Assembly: GCF_009914755.1 (NCBI RefSeq)
Contig: NC_060933.1
Source of the DNA: the human T2T-CHM13v2.0 reference genome, Homo sapiens
Direction: 5' to 3' (one strand)
Length of the DNA: 64,000 nucleotides
Below are positions 12,468-28,800 of the stretch, in pieces. The notes beneath the pieces were generated by a model. It worked only from the letters and a program-made list of their open reading frames with translations. It was not told the origin of the DNA and did not search any database. Numbering within the stretch: the first letter of the stretch is position 1; every line of letters starts with the position of its first letter. Made by a program: the position numbers and the translations under genes.

Positions 12468-12642
12468 CTAATGGCTACTGTTTATTGAGTGTTTACCATG
12501 TAAATGGCATGTTTTAAGCCTCACAATCTTATTAGGTGGATATTATTATATCCACCATGTGAATGAGGGAGAAAACCTTACACAGATTGGGTGATCGAAG
12601 AAAGGTCAGAGTAAGTGCCAGAACCAGGGTTAGCAATTCAGG
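12468..12642 (-). mobile_element. MIR fragment
   Basis: tttattgagtgtttaccatgt...cctcacaatc...aggtcaga...gccagaaccaggg. Confidence 0.65.
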
Positions 12643-13370
12643 GGAAAGAAGAGAAGTTTGCACAAAGGTGGCTCTCATTAACAACAACAACAAAAAACAG
12701 AGAGACAGAGAAGAGAAATTGGTTTCATTCTTTGTGACTCTAGAGAATGGCAGAAATTCAATCAGGAGGGGCAACATTGTGAGGCTATGAGTGTCCAGTC
12801 ATTAGAAATATTCAAATATTCACTTTTTCAAATATTCACTTGCCCAGAACATTATAGCCAAGATTCCTGATTTCTATGAAGACGTTAGAGTTGTCAATTT
12901 CAGGGATCTTTTCCCAAACTTGGAAAGATGTTTGCATCTCATGCTTCCATGATATAAATGGTCTGTTGGCTCAGTAATCACTGAAAACCACTCAGATAAA
13001 GAAGTGGACTTGACCCAGACATTGGCCCTTTGGACTCAGATTTGACAGTTCTTCTTAAATTAAAGCATAGGCTGATTCTCTTTTAGCTCCCTCTTGAGAC
13101 AAGTGGGGGTTGCAATGCCTGTTGCTGATGTCAGCTATAGGTGATGCTGGTAAATGCTCTCAGACTGTTCAGAATTTGCATGTGAAAAGTGGTTTTGCTG
13201 TTGACATTTCATGCCATGAGGAAACTGGCCTATGAACCTGTGAACTAATGGGTAGCATAATGACACGTTCTTCATGCTAGAAAGATCAAACAAGATAAAA
13301 TTTATAAAATTTCTTGGCACAGTGTCTAGCACATAGTAAGTTTTCAGTAAATATTAGTTGAATCCAGTTC

Positions 13371-13776
13371 TGTTCTGGTAGACACAAAGATATGCTGCCT
13401 AGATACCCTTTTAAGGAAGGGAATGTTCCCAGGTATGGAGAATACAGTCAACAGATGGCCTCCAACTGTCAGCAACTTCAGGGTCTACGTTGGCCACAGA
13501 AAACTGCCTCATTGAGCTCACATCCTCCCTGGGACAGTCTGCATCCAGAGCCTGGGTGGAGCAGGGTATAAAATCTGTTATTTCTCCTAATGCAGGGCAC
13601 TCTGACAAGCTCTCTGCTGGACTGGCTGAACCTTATCAGGCCTGCATGGCCTTTGACTTCTCCCAGTATCAATCCTGTACCCTCCCTCTTCCTTTCAGAG
13701 GTATTGATCCCTAATAAACATCTTGTATGCTGAACTTCATTTCAGCGTCTGAACCTAGAGAACAGAGCCTGCAACA
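13371..13776 (+). mobile_element. Solo ERVL LTR16(C)-like LTR
   Basis: TG...CA ends; tgctgcctagataccc, gcatcca, GGGTATAAAA (13564-13573), AATAAA (13713-13718), caatcctgtaccctc. Confidence 0.75.
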
Positions 13777-13934
13777 TCTGTCCATATCCAATAGACTCAT
13801 ATGTAAATTGCAAAGAATGTGAGCTTGGATATTTTTCTAGCCTTTAGCTACCTGGCTTAGCAGGGACTGGGCCAGAAAACCTCTAAGGATTCATCCAGTG
13901 CTAATGCTGCACATGCTTTCGCTTCCTCCATTTA

Positions 13935-14180
13935 TATTCTCATCACTCCCTCTAGGAACCTCCTCTGTCTCTTGTTTTCTTCCCTGCATTTCCAGAGCTT
14001 CCTGTATTCCCAGCAGAAAACCCTTATCCCACTACATTGCCATGCAGCTTTAGCATGTCTGTCTTTCCTGTTTGACCCCTTCAGATCAAAGATGCTGTCT
14101 TTTACCTTAAAGTCACCTGCAGCACCTACTGCCTGGTTTGAAGTCTTGAAGGTATTCAGTAAATGAGCATTTAGTAAGCA
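13935..14180 (+). mobile_element. L2 3' end
   Basis: tgtctgtctttcc...cagcacctac...tgcctgg...ggtattcagtaaatg. Confidence 0.6.
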
Positions 14181-14602
14181 CACTCATACAGACACTCTTC
14201 AGGGTTACTCTGACTGAGGAATACATAACGAATGGTACTCCATAACCCTCTTTCCAATTGTCCTCTTCTTTAAGTAAACAGTTTCCCATTTCGTGAAGAT
14301 CAATTTGTTTTCCAGTGAATTGCTGCAGGACATAAACATGTCTAAGGACTGGCCAAGTAAATGAAGACATGGCTTTGTATTTTAGTCTACTGTCAAAGTC
14401 AGGTGGTACAATACCACAGCACATCATTCTTTTCCAACCAAGCATGTCTTTTTAAAAATGAAATTACAATTGCTTTGTATTAATTTATTTTATTTTCCTT
14501 GTAAGAAGAAAGGATGAGAGATGCCAAAAGACAAAGGCCAATGAGATAGCTGTCATGGGACAGGCAAAAGGAGGTAGAAAAGTAGGGAAAGGTAAAGAAA
14601 AT

Positions 14603-14775
14603 TATATTTATTAAATGCTTAGTACATGTCAGGCACCATTCCAAGCTTTTTGCATACATTCCATTTAATAATTACATTTTATAGATAAGAAAGTTGAGGT
14701 TGAGATTAGCTAATGTTTTTCCCTGAGTCCTATAAGAATGGTCACACAATTGGAAATAGAAACTCGGGTATTATA
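14603..14775 (-). mobile_element. MIR fragment
   Basis: atttattaaatgcttagtacatgtcaggcac...cattttatagataagaaagttgagg. Confidence 0.7.
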
Positions 14776-14944
14776 TGTCTAACAAATGGATCTGTCTCAA
14801 CAAATAAATGGAGTTGGAGAACTTGGAGGTATCCGGCATATCAAGTCATCAAGGGTGGCCAGAGCAGATTGTTCAAAGGGTAAGATAAGAAGAGTGAGAC
14901 TGAGAGAGAGAGAGAGAGAGCGCGCGCATTACCTGTAATAGTGT

Positions 14945-15180
14945 AATCAATGCTTATTGAGTAGAAAGTAATGGGCTAAACAGGAGAACATGTATAATTG
15001 CAAAGCATATTTCCTGTCCACAAAGAGTTTCTAGTGTATGTTTAGGGAGGCAAGACATGAGTGCATAAAAGGAGAATTAGCTATGCAGGTAAATGGGATA
15101 GGAATGTTACATCCTCCATAATAAATTCAGAGCCAAGAGCCTGTCTTAAGTAGGATAGTCAAAAAGGACTGAAAGGAAGA
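14945..15180 (-). mobile_element. L2 fragment
   Basis: caatgcttattgagt...cctgtccacaaagagtttctagt...ggaggcaagacatg. Confidence 0.5.
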
Positions 15181-16384
15181 TCTCTCTCCACTTCTAATTA
15201 ATTTGGTGATTAATGTGAGGAATGTTTTGTGTCCTCATCTTTTCTTTGATCTCTTCTTTCAGGGTCTTTTCCTCTAACCAATTCTCCACTCCATAGCTTA
15301 GCAGCTAAATGGTTCCTTAGCTGCTTGAAGTAAAGGATGTTGCTTACATGGCTAGGCAATTGTTATATGTCTATCTAATAATCAAATTACCACTAATTTA
15401 CCATAAGAGAAAAGGAAAATATATCCAGAATGTCCCATTTCAAGGAGTTGTACACATTGCCCTAAAAATTGTTTACAAATTTCAATTTACTTTCATATAT
15501 TAATTTATTTGTAGATATAGAATTTGCCTATAACCACATCCAGCTGTACACCATGAGTATTTTAAGAGAGTGAATATATTAGACGGTATGGAAGAATCTT
15601 AGAAATAATGCTTACTGAAAACACTACTCATTTCAAACAAAGGCTCTTAGCAGGAGAAAGCCTCTTCATTAAAAAACCAGAATTCAAAAAATGCAAGGCT
15701 ATTTTAAAGTTGGAGGCTGTTCTCAGGAAAAGCCAGAGAAAAGCCCATCCTATCTGTGAAGATTTTGCATATGGGTGTGTAATATAGACATACAGGTTCG
15801 ATTTTCTTTGCAGAGAAGGAATGCAGCATTGTGACGTTTCTGAAATTCTAAACCCGAACAGGGGTCGGTGGGGAGACATTAGAGTCTGAGCACATATGCC
15901 AAAATATGCTTTATGAATGCTAATGCTGAAAGGTTTGCTTTTAAGGACGTACACAGGTTTCCCTCCTGGCCACCCTGTATCCGGTCTTTCTTAAAAGGGG
16001 CTCCCTTGGAAAATAAAGTCAGTGATTTTTTTTTTTCCAATGGACCCAAAAAGCAGGAACAGATGTGACACGAATAACCTCTACTTTGTGCATACCTCAG
16101 AGGAAAATGACACGGCCTAAAGCAGGGGATCTGGCTCCAGGCCAGAGAGAAGGACAATTGGAGTTTAGGCCCCTAATGACATGGTTCACCTCAGCTCACT
16201 CTTTTGTGCTTGTGTAAAAAGTGCAGGTGGAGAAAGTGAGTTGTGTTTACTCATTGCAGGTACAAATGAAGTTTCTGTAGAAGGCTGCCATTTTCCTTAG
16301 CTCTCTGTTATCTCTTTTTCCCACATCAGAATAGCCACACTGCTTTATTTGACCATCTTTCAAGGCATGGAAGAAGTGATCAAG

Positions 16385-16648
16385 CATAATGCTTGAGGCC
16401 TGAGTTCTAGAGTCTGACACCCTGAGTTGGAATTTTGGATTGGTTCTGCCACGTAACAAGATAATTTTTAAAAAAATTATTTGCCATCTCTGTGCCTCAG
16501 TTTCTTTCTCTGTTATGTATACAGGATAATAATATGATCTACCTCACTGAAGTTTTTTTTCTGAGATTCTATAGACAAAACATGAGGAGCACTTAGAACA
16601 ATGCCCAAAACATAGCAAGTGTTTAATAAATGTTGTTATAATTATTAA
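16385..16648 (+). mobile_element. MIR (near full length)
   Basis: ctagagtctgac...tctgccac...ctctgtgcctcagtttc...gcacttagaacaatgcc...aataaatgtt. Confidence 0.85.
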
Positions 16649-16654
16649 GAATCA

Positions 16655-16845
16655 CTTTTTATTTTTAAAATTAAACAATTTAATTTTAGATTCTGAAACT
16701 AAACAGAACATGCATATGATTGTTACACAGGTGATATTGCATGTTGATGTGAATTGGGCACCTAACGTACCCATTACCCAAATAGTGAACATGGTACACA
16801 ATAAGTAATTTTTCCATCTTCACCTCCTTTCCATCCTCTACTTTC
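16655..16845 (-). mobile_element. L1PA16/L1PB-type 3' end
   Basis: T-rich tail, then gtacccattacccaaatagtgaacatggtacacaataagtaattttt. Confidence 0.75.
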
Positions 16846-16959
16846 TAGTATTTTTTATATTTATTTGGATCAATTTTTTTTCCTCAGCAGAAAGCAAGTC
16901 CTTGGAGTGCAGAAAGCATGTCAGATTCACCTTAATATTGTGCTGTCTCAACTCTGTTT

Positions 16960-17164
16960 CAGTCGTGTGCTGGTAAATGTTTAACAATAGGCTCTCCAAA
17001 AAAGGAAACCTCGATTTGTAGTGTTTGCCATTTTCTGTGGTGTAAATACTCCCACCATGTTCGTTTTCAAGCTATCAACATGACGTCAAGTGGCTCACAA
17101 AATTCCTGAAAATTTAATAGTAGTCTGTCGTGAGGAAATACAAACCAGCTTCAGCACACCACTC
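16960..17164. mobile_element. MER63 (hAT-Blackjack) MITE inserted in an L2 tail
   Basis: TIRs cagtcgtgtgctg / cagcacaccact; internal gtggtgtaaatactcccaccatg and TGACGTCA. Confidence 0.85.
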
Positions 17165-17764
17165 AAGGCATGTGCAAAGAAAAGATGTGAAAAAATAAAC
17201 ATATGAATAAATGAATGATGAAATTAATGATTCTTATCATGGATTCTCAATGTTAAGAAAGCCACAGCATGCTACCATTTATAGGGTCTTTTAATACTCT
17301 TGTTTATCTCTGTTAAAGGAGTCTCTGACCAGGAGAACTATTTACCAAGGATTTCTATGCAACACTGGTTGTTTGTGTTGTCCCAAAAAAAAGTAAATCT
17401 TGATCCAAAAGCCTTGAGTACTGTCACACATTATATGTTTCCTGTGAAAATTCATAATGCACATGCATATATTAATGACACTGATAAGTCTTTTAGTAAC
17501 AAAACCCACTTAACTATGTTTATTTCAACACTTCTCAAAATATTTGACCACTAAAACTCTTGGCTGGGTAACTAGTATCATCATGAGGAATTAATATCTC
17601 TGCAGAACACACAATGGAAAACATTGACAGAGCTACTTTTTCTTATTTATAGGGAAAAAAAGTAAATGTCTTTAGTAATGCTGGGAAAATATATTTTTAA
17701 AACTTTGAACAATGTATGCCTTGAATATCCCCCCTGAAAAATGGATTAATAAAAATAATAGGGA

Positions 17765-17930
17765 CTATCTGCCAAGGGGTGCACAATTCTATAAGGTAGA
17801 TAAAGTTACCTGCATTATACAGCTGACAAAATGAGGTCTCAAGAAATATAGTTGATTTTCTTACTGCCACACTGTTGATCAAAATTCAAATCCAGATCTT
17901 TCTGTCACTTAAGCTAGCATTCTTTCTACA
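17765..17930 (-). mobile_element. MIR fragment
   Basis: caattctataaggtag...cattatacagctgacaaaatgaggtctc...aattcaaatccagatct. Confidence 0.6.
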
Positions 17931-19044
17931 ACATTTAAATGAGATGTCATGATGAAATTATGGTCATCAGTTTCAGCTTAGTCTTTCACTCTACAAAGCA
18001 ATTTCAGTATGTTTTCTTATTTCACCTTCTCTTTCTTCCACATTAACTATTTTAAAATTTCTATATTCTCTCTACTACTCCACTTGCAGAAGATTAATTC
18101 ACTTCCTTTTGACCAAAAATAGAAATAGCTTTAGAAGTATACTTCCTCAACTATCCACAAACTGACTTAAAAATTTAGTTTTATCTGCACCCATCATTCC
18201 ACTTTTCCTTTGTTTGTCTAAAAACAAAACAAAACAAAAACTAAAAACAATGTCTCTACACTTGCCTACATACTCCAGGCCTTTTTTGAATTTTCAAATT
18301 TTACCCTGAATCCACACCCCTGGCTCATTTTCTACCTCTTCCTCTCTATTGTTTATACTTTAAAATTTTTACAATTTTTAGTATGATTAATTTTCTCCCT
18401 ATACACAAACAAGAATAATCCTGTCTCTTTTTTCTTTCATCCCTCTTTTTCCTCTTCCTATTCTCTCCTCTCTCTCTCCTTGTCAGCCAGTTTCTTGAAA
18501 ATCTTGTCTATACCCCCTATCTACATATCTTCACTTCTCAGCCACTTTTCAGATTTCTGCAATTAGGCCTTTGCCATCACTCCATTGAAACTTTTTCAAG
18601 ATCATTAGTGATCTTATTGTGAATCACTGGGCACCTTTCAATTCTGCATTTCATTAACCATTCCTTCTTCTTTCAACATGCTATTTCTTTACCTTCATGG
18701 ACAGCTCACTTGACTTGTTTTCTTCTGCTTCTCTAGTGATGTCGTCTCAATCTCTTAAGGAGACTTCTTTTCCTTTGTCTATCCTCTAAATGCTAGTCCT
18801 CCTCAGAGATTAATTCCAGGCCATCTCAACAGTCACACTCTACTTGGGTGACTTCACCTACTCTCATGGATTCATCTACAACCTGGATGCTAATGACTCC
18901 AGATTTATATTCAGTCTAGAAGAACCCATGGCTTCAAGAGCATATCCAATTTCTTACTTAAAATTCCAACTTGAATGACCTGCAAGTATCTTGAAATCTA
19001 AATCTACTACTCTCAGTAGGTTCCATCACTTGTGTTCCTTTTTC

Positions 19045-19325
<281 letters not shown>

Positions 19326-19783
19326 GTGTTCCTTTTTCAAAGTAAATTTCACTCAGGCTTCTAAGCCAAATGAAAGAATGACTGAATAATAATCCTCAAA
19401 TTTTCTCTATTTGTCTTTTCTTAAAACTAATTTATTGATAAGCCTAATTTATAGACAAGTAATTTATCTAATACTTCCAAAATGCGTTCATTTCTCTTCA
19501 ACACATCATAACATACTATGATCCAATCTTTTTCTGCATGAGCATCAGTAGCAGCCTCCTCTCTCAGTTTCCAGTCTGCACTTCTGTCCCTGTGTAGTCC
19601 ATTATGTATTTTAGAGCTGCAGGTATATTTCTAAAATTAAAATCTGTCCCTTTCAGTATTCTTCTTAAAAATTCTCCAGTGCTTTCTCTTGGCTTTTTAT
19701 TCCTACCTAATCTTAAAGTTATTCAAAATATGTCAGTTGGCCGAAGCACTTTTATTCCCCAATCTTTTCTATTCCACAACTCC

Positions 19784-19786
<3 letters not shown>

Positions 19787-19827
<41 letters not shown>
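19787..19827. repeat. (AC)20 microsatellite
   Basis: Pure dinucleotide run. Confidence 0.98.
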
Positions 19828-19829
<2 letters not shown>

Positions 19830-20239
19830 ATCTATTTATCTTGACCAATTCTCATTCATTCTCCATGTCTTAAGCCAAATGTCATTTCTTCAGGAAAGCC
19901 TCTCCTCTTCCAATTCCTAAGGTCTTTCTTCCTTATATTCTCATAGATCCCCAAACTTCCACTGGCATAACACTCACCAAGCATTTTTACAAAATTATGC
20001 TCTCCTTCCTCAATATGCTTGAGTTATGCATTTTTGAAAAAGTGTATGAAACCTAAAAATGCCATGGTAGAGCACTTCCTATAATAAATAACAGCAAAGT
20101 AATATTTTCCAGGATTCCCACTGCATTCTGGAGATAATGCATTTATATTATTCTTTTCTGTAGTCATAGTATTCAAATAGTCTGTATGCATATAATTTGC
20201 ATTATTCAAATTCATTTTATGTTAATACAGGACAAAAGA

Positions 20240-22963
20240 ATTCCAGTTAAAATGATGATCTAACACATGTGTTTTTCTATGTTTCCTTCTGAGTCACCAT
20301 GAAAATGATGATAATCAAGTTATAATGTATAAATTCACGATGATTAAGGGAACTTGAAACAAAATGACCTGGAAAAGAGGGAACAACAAATTTTTGGAAG
20401 ATGAAAAGCAGATGAATAAGTAGTAACTATCCCAACAGACTGGAAAATCCTGAAACCCAACTGCCTTTCAAAAGAGATTCTAATAAAAACCAAGCTGACT
20501 TACATCATAAAATCTCAGAAAGGCTAAAAAAATTGTAAGTACTAGGTAGAGGGCTAAACACACATCCTACTCATGAATCTGTACAAGGAGCTAGACCCCT
20601 AGATGGACTATACTCTGTGCAGTGAGCCAACTACTTCTTTATGACCCTTTCAGGAGGCAATTTTTTTTGTATGTGGGAATACAGAATGAGAAATGCTTTA
20701 AAGTTGGAAGTCTAGTCAAGCAAAGGCTAGGAGTAAGATGCCACTTTGAAAATAAGAGAATATAAGTGAAAGAGAATATAAGTGAATATTCTAAATGGTG
20801 ACCACACCCTTCCCACAATCTCTTGTCAACCAAAAGGCATACAGAAGATGGTGGGCAGAGATATGGATGGTTTCTTCTCTGGAGATTCTGAGTGGCCCAA
20901 AGAGACAAACAGAAAATAGTGATTTTAAGAACCCCAGTCAAACAATGTAGTCACTACTAGATCACCATACAGGGAGGGCAACCCAACAGTCAACAAGTCC
21001 TACTTATGCACTAGATTTTTGTTCTTCATTCTTTAATGTAAATGAATAGTCAAGTATCCTGGGACATTTGAGGACAGGCTCTACCATGAAAGACAAAATC
21101 TGAAATGTAAAACCATAATCAGAAGTTTATAATAATTGTAAAATAAATTATTACATTCACAAAACAAGAATATGTTGCTATAAAATGGAATAATCTGAGA
21201 ACAACAAAAAATGGTTATTGAAAATTAAAATCATGATTGTGCCTTAAAAGTATTTTCAAATTGGATTAAAAAATAATGTTGAGAAAATATCTCTGAAAGT
21301 AGAGGAAATAGATAAATACAAGGTAAGTGAGGGAAATTTTATTATTTTCGAGGATTGACTAAAAAGTCCAGAAGTAATTAGTAAAGCTTTCATAAGGAAG
21401 GAAAAGAAGGCTGGGCACAGTGGCTCATCCCTGTAATCCCAGTACTTTGGGAGGACTAGGTGGACAGATCACTTTCAGCCCTGGAGTTCAAGACCAGCCT
21501 GGGCAACATGGTGAAATCCCATCTCTACAAAAAATACAAAAAATAGCTGGGCATGATGACACGCACCTGTCGTCCCAGCTACTCGGGAGGCTGAGATGGG
21601 AGAATCACCTGAGCTCAGTAGGTCGAGACTGCAGTGAGTCCTGATCTTGACAGTGCACTCCAGCCTGAGTGACAGAGTGAAATCTGGTCTCAAACAAAAA
21701 GAAAGAAAACAAAAAAAGGAAGGAAAAGAGAAGAATGGAGATTGATTGGAGGAAATAATCATGTGTGTGCATGAATCATACAAATATGAATAAATGCATG
21801 TCATAGGCGAATTTCTGAACACTGAGGATGTTAAGAAGACTATAATAATTTTCAGGGAACAGACAAAAAGAGTTCATATAAAAATATTGAGATTTATGAT
21901 GTTATCACTGCTCTCAACACAACATCAGACACCAGAAGAAAATAGAGTGGTCTTTAACATTGTAAAAAGAAAGTATTTCTAACAACTAATTTCTAGACTG
22001 TCATTCAAATTTAAAGATAAAATAAGGAAAAGATTAAAATATGCAAGAACTGAAAAAATGAACTTTATACAGAAAGCTCATGTGTCCCAATAAAATTAAG
22101 GATTCACAATGTAAATAAGAAAAGCATGGGTTTCAGGAAATAGCGGCTTGTATATTGGACAGAAGACAAAAGGAATCCTGAAGATAATGATGAAGACAAG
22201 TTCCAAGGCAAGAGCTGTTTGCCAAGGCTGGAGAGCAGTTAGATGGGAGTCAGAGGATGGTAGGCTCTAGGAGAGAGGTCTCAAGGGGGAAAAACCAGAT
22301 ATTAGGCTGATAGATAATGATTGATTGATAGATAGGCAGGCAGACAGACAGATTTTTGTTTTGACTTTAACCAAAATAATAAAAGTTTTATCATTCCGGT
22401 GGATATTTGGAGGGTTAAGGAAAAAAAGAAATCCCTGAGCAAATGGATTAATGAGGCAATTTTAAACCAAAGGAGGGGAAATTAATACAAAGAAAGAAAA
22501 AATTTATGTCATATTTCATGATTTAGCTCTGAAAATATCTGGGTTAGTAATATAAACACTAAAGTTTATTTTAATTTAAAAAACAGGTAAAACTATATTG
22601 AAAAGTTACAAGAAGGAAAATGTATGTGCTTTTGTGTTGATGTAAAGGAATGGGTCATAGGCACTTGCAGGGGAGCAGATAGGTCTTCATCAGATATTGC
22701 TAACAGTGGGTAGATAACATCTAAAATTAAGACTAAAAATATACTAAATAATTTAGAAAAATAGAGGTGAGTACCAAAAGAAATATTTTTAAGGTGTTGA
22801 AAATGTATGCCTCATATGAATAGGAATCAAAATCATATGCCTTATAGGAATAGGAATCAGTAGTGGAAAGGGAAACAATTGCTATTTATGTTAAATCTCT
22901 CATAATACTGTTTGACTTTTTTTTTAAAAAAAGTTCCATATATTACTCTGATAAACAATTAAA
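20240..22963 (+). mobile_element. HAL1 (Half-L1), near full length, interrupted by AluJ
   Basis: 5' ttccagttaaaatg...aacacatg; decayed A-rich ORF1-like region; HAL1-type block ggaatcctgaagataatgatgaagacaagttccaaggcaagagctg...ggagagcag; 3' end tactgtttgacttt...ctctgataaac. Confidence 0.7.
21409..21715 (+). mobile_element. AluJ
   Basis: cctgggcaacatgg, ctctacaaaaaata, gagactgcagtgag; 14-bp TSD aaggaaggaaaaga at 21394-21407 and 21716-21729. Confidence 0.93.
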
Positions 22964-22964
22964 C

Positions 22965-23125
22965 AGTGGGATGGGAGGGGCAGCACATGTAGATCAATGT
23001 GAATCAATGTCATGTTGTCTTTGAATTGAGTGCTGAGCTCAAAAGTTTTGATTGTGTTATTGTACTGTATAACCTACATAAAGCCTACGTATATTATTTT
23101 GTATGCATCAAACACCTAAAAAGGT
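22965..23125 (+). mobile_element. Old L1ME-type 3' end fragment
   Basis: tgtactgtataacctacata...ttttgtatgcatcaaa resembles L1ME 3'UTR ends. Confidence 0.5.
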
Positions 23126-23624
23126 ATTTTTAATACCTAAAAATGTGTTAAAGAAAAAACAAAAGTGCTAAAGGAAAGACTTGAAAACAGGAAACCTCAT
23201 GAATGTTATATGTTAAAGCTTTTGGAAATGGAAAATGGGAAATGGATTTACCTAAGCTTCTCGTTGAGTGTTGACTGTAGTCTCTAATAAGCTTCATTTT
23301 CTTTGGTTAAAAATAAATAAGTAAAATAGTAAAGTGCACAAGCCTCTGGTAAACCTTAATGGACAGTTAAATATGTGATGCTTTTGAACAACAGGTACCA
23401 TTGTGAGACACAAGACCATGAAAACCACTGGGTGGGAGAAGAGAGGCTGTAAGTTGCGTCTTAATGATGTGCGTTCTTCTACTACAAAGACTTGCAAAGG
23501 GCAGCTTAGGGTTGCATGTGGCTCTCATCCTGGAAGCTGTTGATAAAAAGCAGTGGAAAATTTGTATCAACGTAGATCTAAACATCAATTGCTTATTCTT
23601 TCTAATGAACCTAAAACAGAGCAG

Positions 23625-23770
23625 AGCTTATACTAACCTAATTGCTGTCTTTCCTGCTGGTCTACAAGCTCCATGAAGCTTGGGACCTTGTGTGTTGTTC
23701 ACCCTTGAACACTCACTACTATTTGCCTGGCACATTGGGAGAACTAAGTAAATGGTCATTGAATAAATAG
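23625..23770 (+). mobile_element. L2 3' end
   Basis: aagctccatgaagcttgggaccttgtgtgttgttcacc...tgcctggcaca...ttgaataaat. Confidence 0.75.
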
Positions 23771-23879
23771 TTAAACTATAGTTCCTACTGATATTTTTGT
23801 TTTGCCATTGATTAAGCTGAGGTTCTATAAATTATAGCCACATCTCATACTTGTTCATTTATCTGCCTCTCTCTAAAAT

Positions 23880-24100
23880 GATATAATGGCAAAAGCATAA
23901 GGTTTATAGATAGAAGACTCCAGTTTAACTCATGGCTCTGTCCTTTACTGACTATATTATTTTGAGCAAACCACCACAGCTCTCTGACCCTAAATTCTCC
24001 CATCCACTAAATGGTCATAACAAGACTTTTCTCGTAAGATGGTTATGAGGAAGGAATGAGCCAATAAATGTACACTTTATAGAATGTAAAGTAATACATA
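23880..24100 (+). mobile_element. MIR
   Basis: ggctctgtcctttactgact...ttgagcaa...ctctctgaccct...ggttatgagga. Confidence 0.65.
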
Positions 24101-24634
24101 AATGTCAGTTGTATCTGCGACTGAAGTTCTTTCTGATACATATTTTCTATGAATCGTACCCATTTCAATCCTCTCTCTACTTCTTTCTCCAAATTGGATT
24201 TGCAAGTGAGAAATTTAAGCACCATGTTAGTCTTCATGTATTTATATTAAGAATTGTTAAGATAGGAATTGCCACATTTATATCTGTCTCCTTGAGTCAC
24301 AGAGCCTCAAATATGTGAATCAGCTACATTTTGCCCAAGGTACTATTTGTCCTACCATTTTTCTGATGAATTTACACAGAGTTAAACAGTTCCATTACGC
24401 AGTTAATAATTAAGATGTAGGGAATTACTGAATGATTTTTTAAATTACCTATGTTTTAGACAAAGCCATGCTATGTGACATTCCAAATAAAGCTCAATTA
24501 AATTTAACCATGGAAAACAAACGATTATCATTAAATTGGAATTATACTTATGTGTATCAATGACACCTCTTTTAGACTAGTTAATGTCGTTGCAAATATA
24601 ATATGTTAGACCTTTCTGTTAATTAGTTATAAGA

Positions 24635-24825
24635 GAATGTGATATAGTAGAAAGAGCTAATGTTTTATGTTTTATGACAGTATGGCTGAATTCAAACCCT
24701 GACTCAGCCACTTAATATCTCTGAGCCCTAGTTTCCTTCTCTGGACAAAAATCATAGAGATGCTTGCAAGGATTAAATATATTGTACAGAAAGTGCCTGG
24801 TTGACATTCAATTAATATTAGCAAT
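24635..24825 (+). mobile_element. MIR
   Basis: atagtagaaagagc...ttcaaaccctgactcagccactta...ctctgagccctagtttcct...aggattaaat. Confidence 0.7.
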
Positions 24826-25432
24826 CATTGTTTTAGAGTCAAGTTTTAAATATTTGAACCCTAGTGCTCAGAAATAATTATCTGGCCATGTTTATATTTA
24901 CATACTAAATTGAATATAAGGAAAGGAGTGGATACCAGGTGGTTCTCCATAGAAGTAATTGAGTTGCCTCTGAGAGTATAGCAGGACTAATAGTGCCAGA
25001 AGGAGAGAGTGGCTGGGCTGCATCTGTGTAGCTGTGTTGCACATGATCAGAGAGCCACAGATGTCAGTACAGTGCTGAGTGCTTTACATGTGTAACAGGA
25101 GCAAAAACAAAGACAGACAGTGAATCAGGAGTGTCTGCTTGCTATCCTCACACTGCAACTCTGTTCAAAGAAGGGTGCCTGTCAGATAGAAGCATTTTGT
25201 TTTTCTGAAACCTTAGATGCCTTTGGCTATGCACGTTTGGTATTAAAACCTGAGAAAAGTTGCAGTGCCCTACTTTTAGAGTGCCTAGAACTTTGGGAGA
25301 TGGAAAGGGTGAATAGAGGGGAAAAAAGACAGAAATGGAGAAGTAGATAGCCTTATGATGCAGGGATCTTTGCACAGCTTTTCAGGGAAGCCCCCAGAAT
25401 CCCCCAGTAAATTCTGCCAAACATCCATGTTA

Positions 25433-28800
<3,368 letters not shown>

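Noticed and set aside
12535-12556. 9-bp-stem hairpin GGTGGATAT/ATATCCACC
   Set aside because: Short, inside a MIR, and expected by chance in 64 kb
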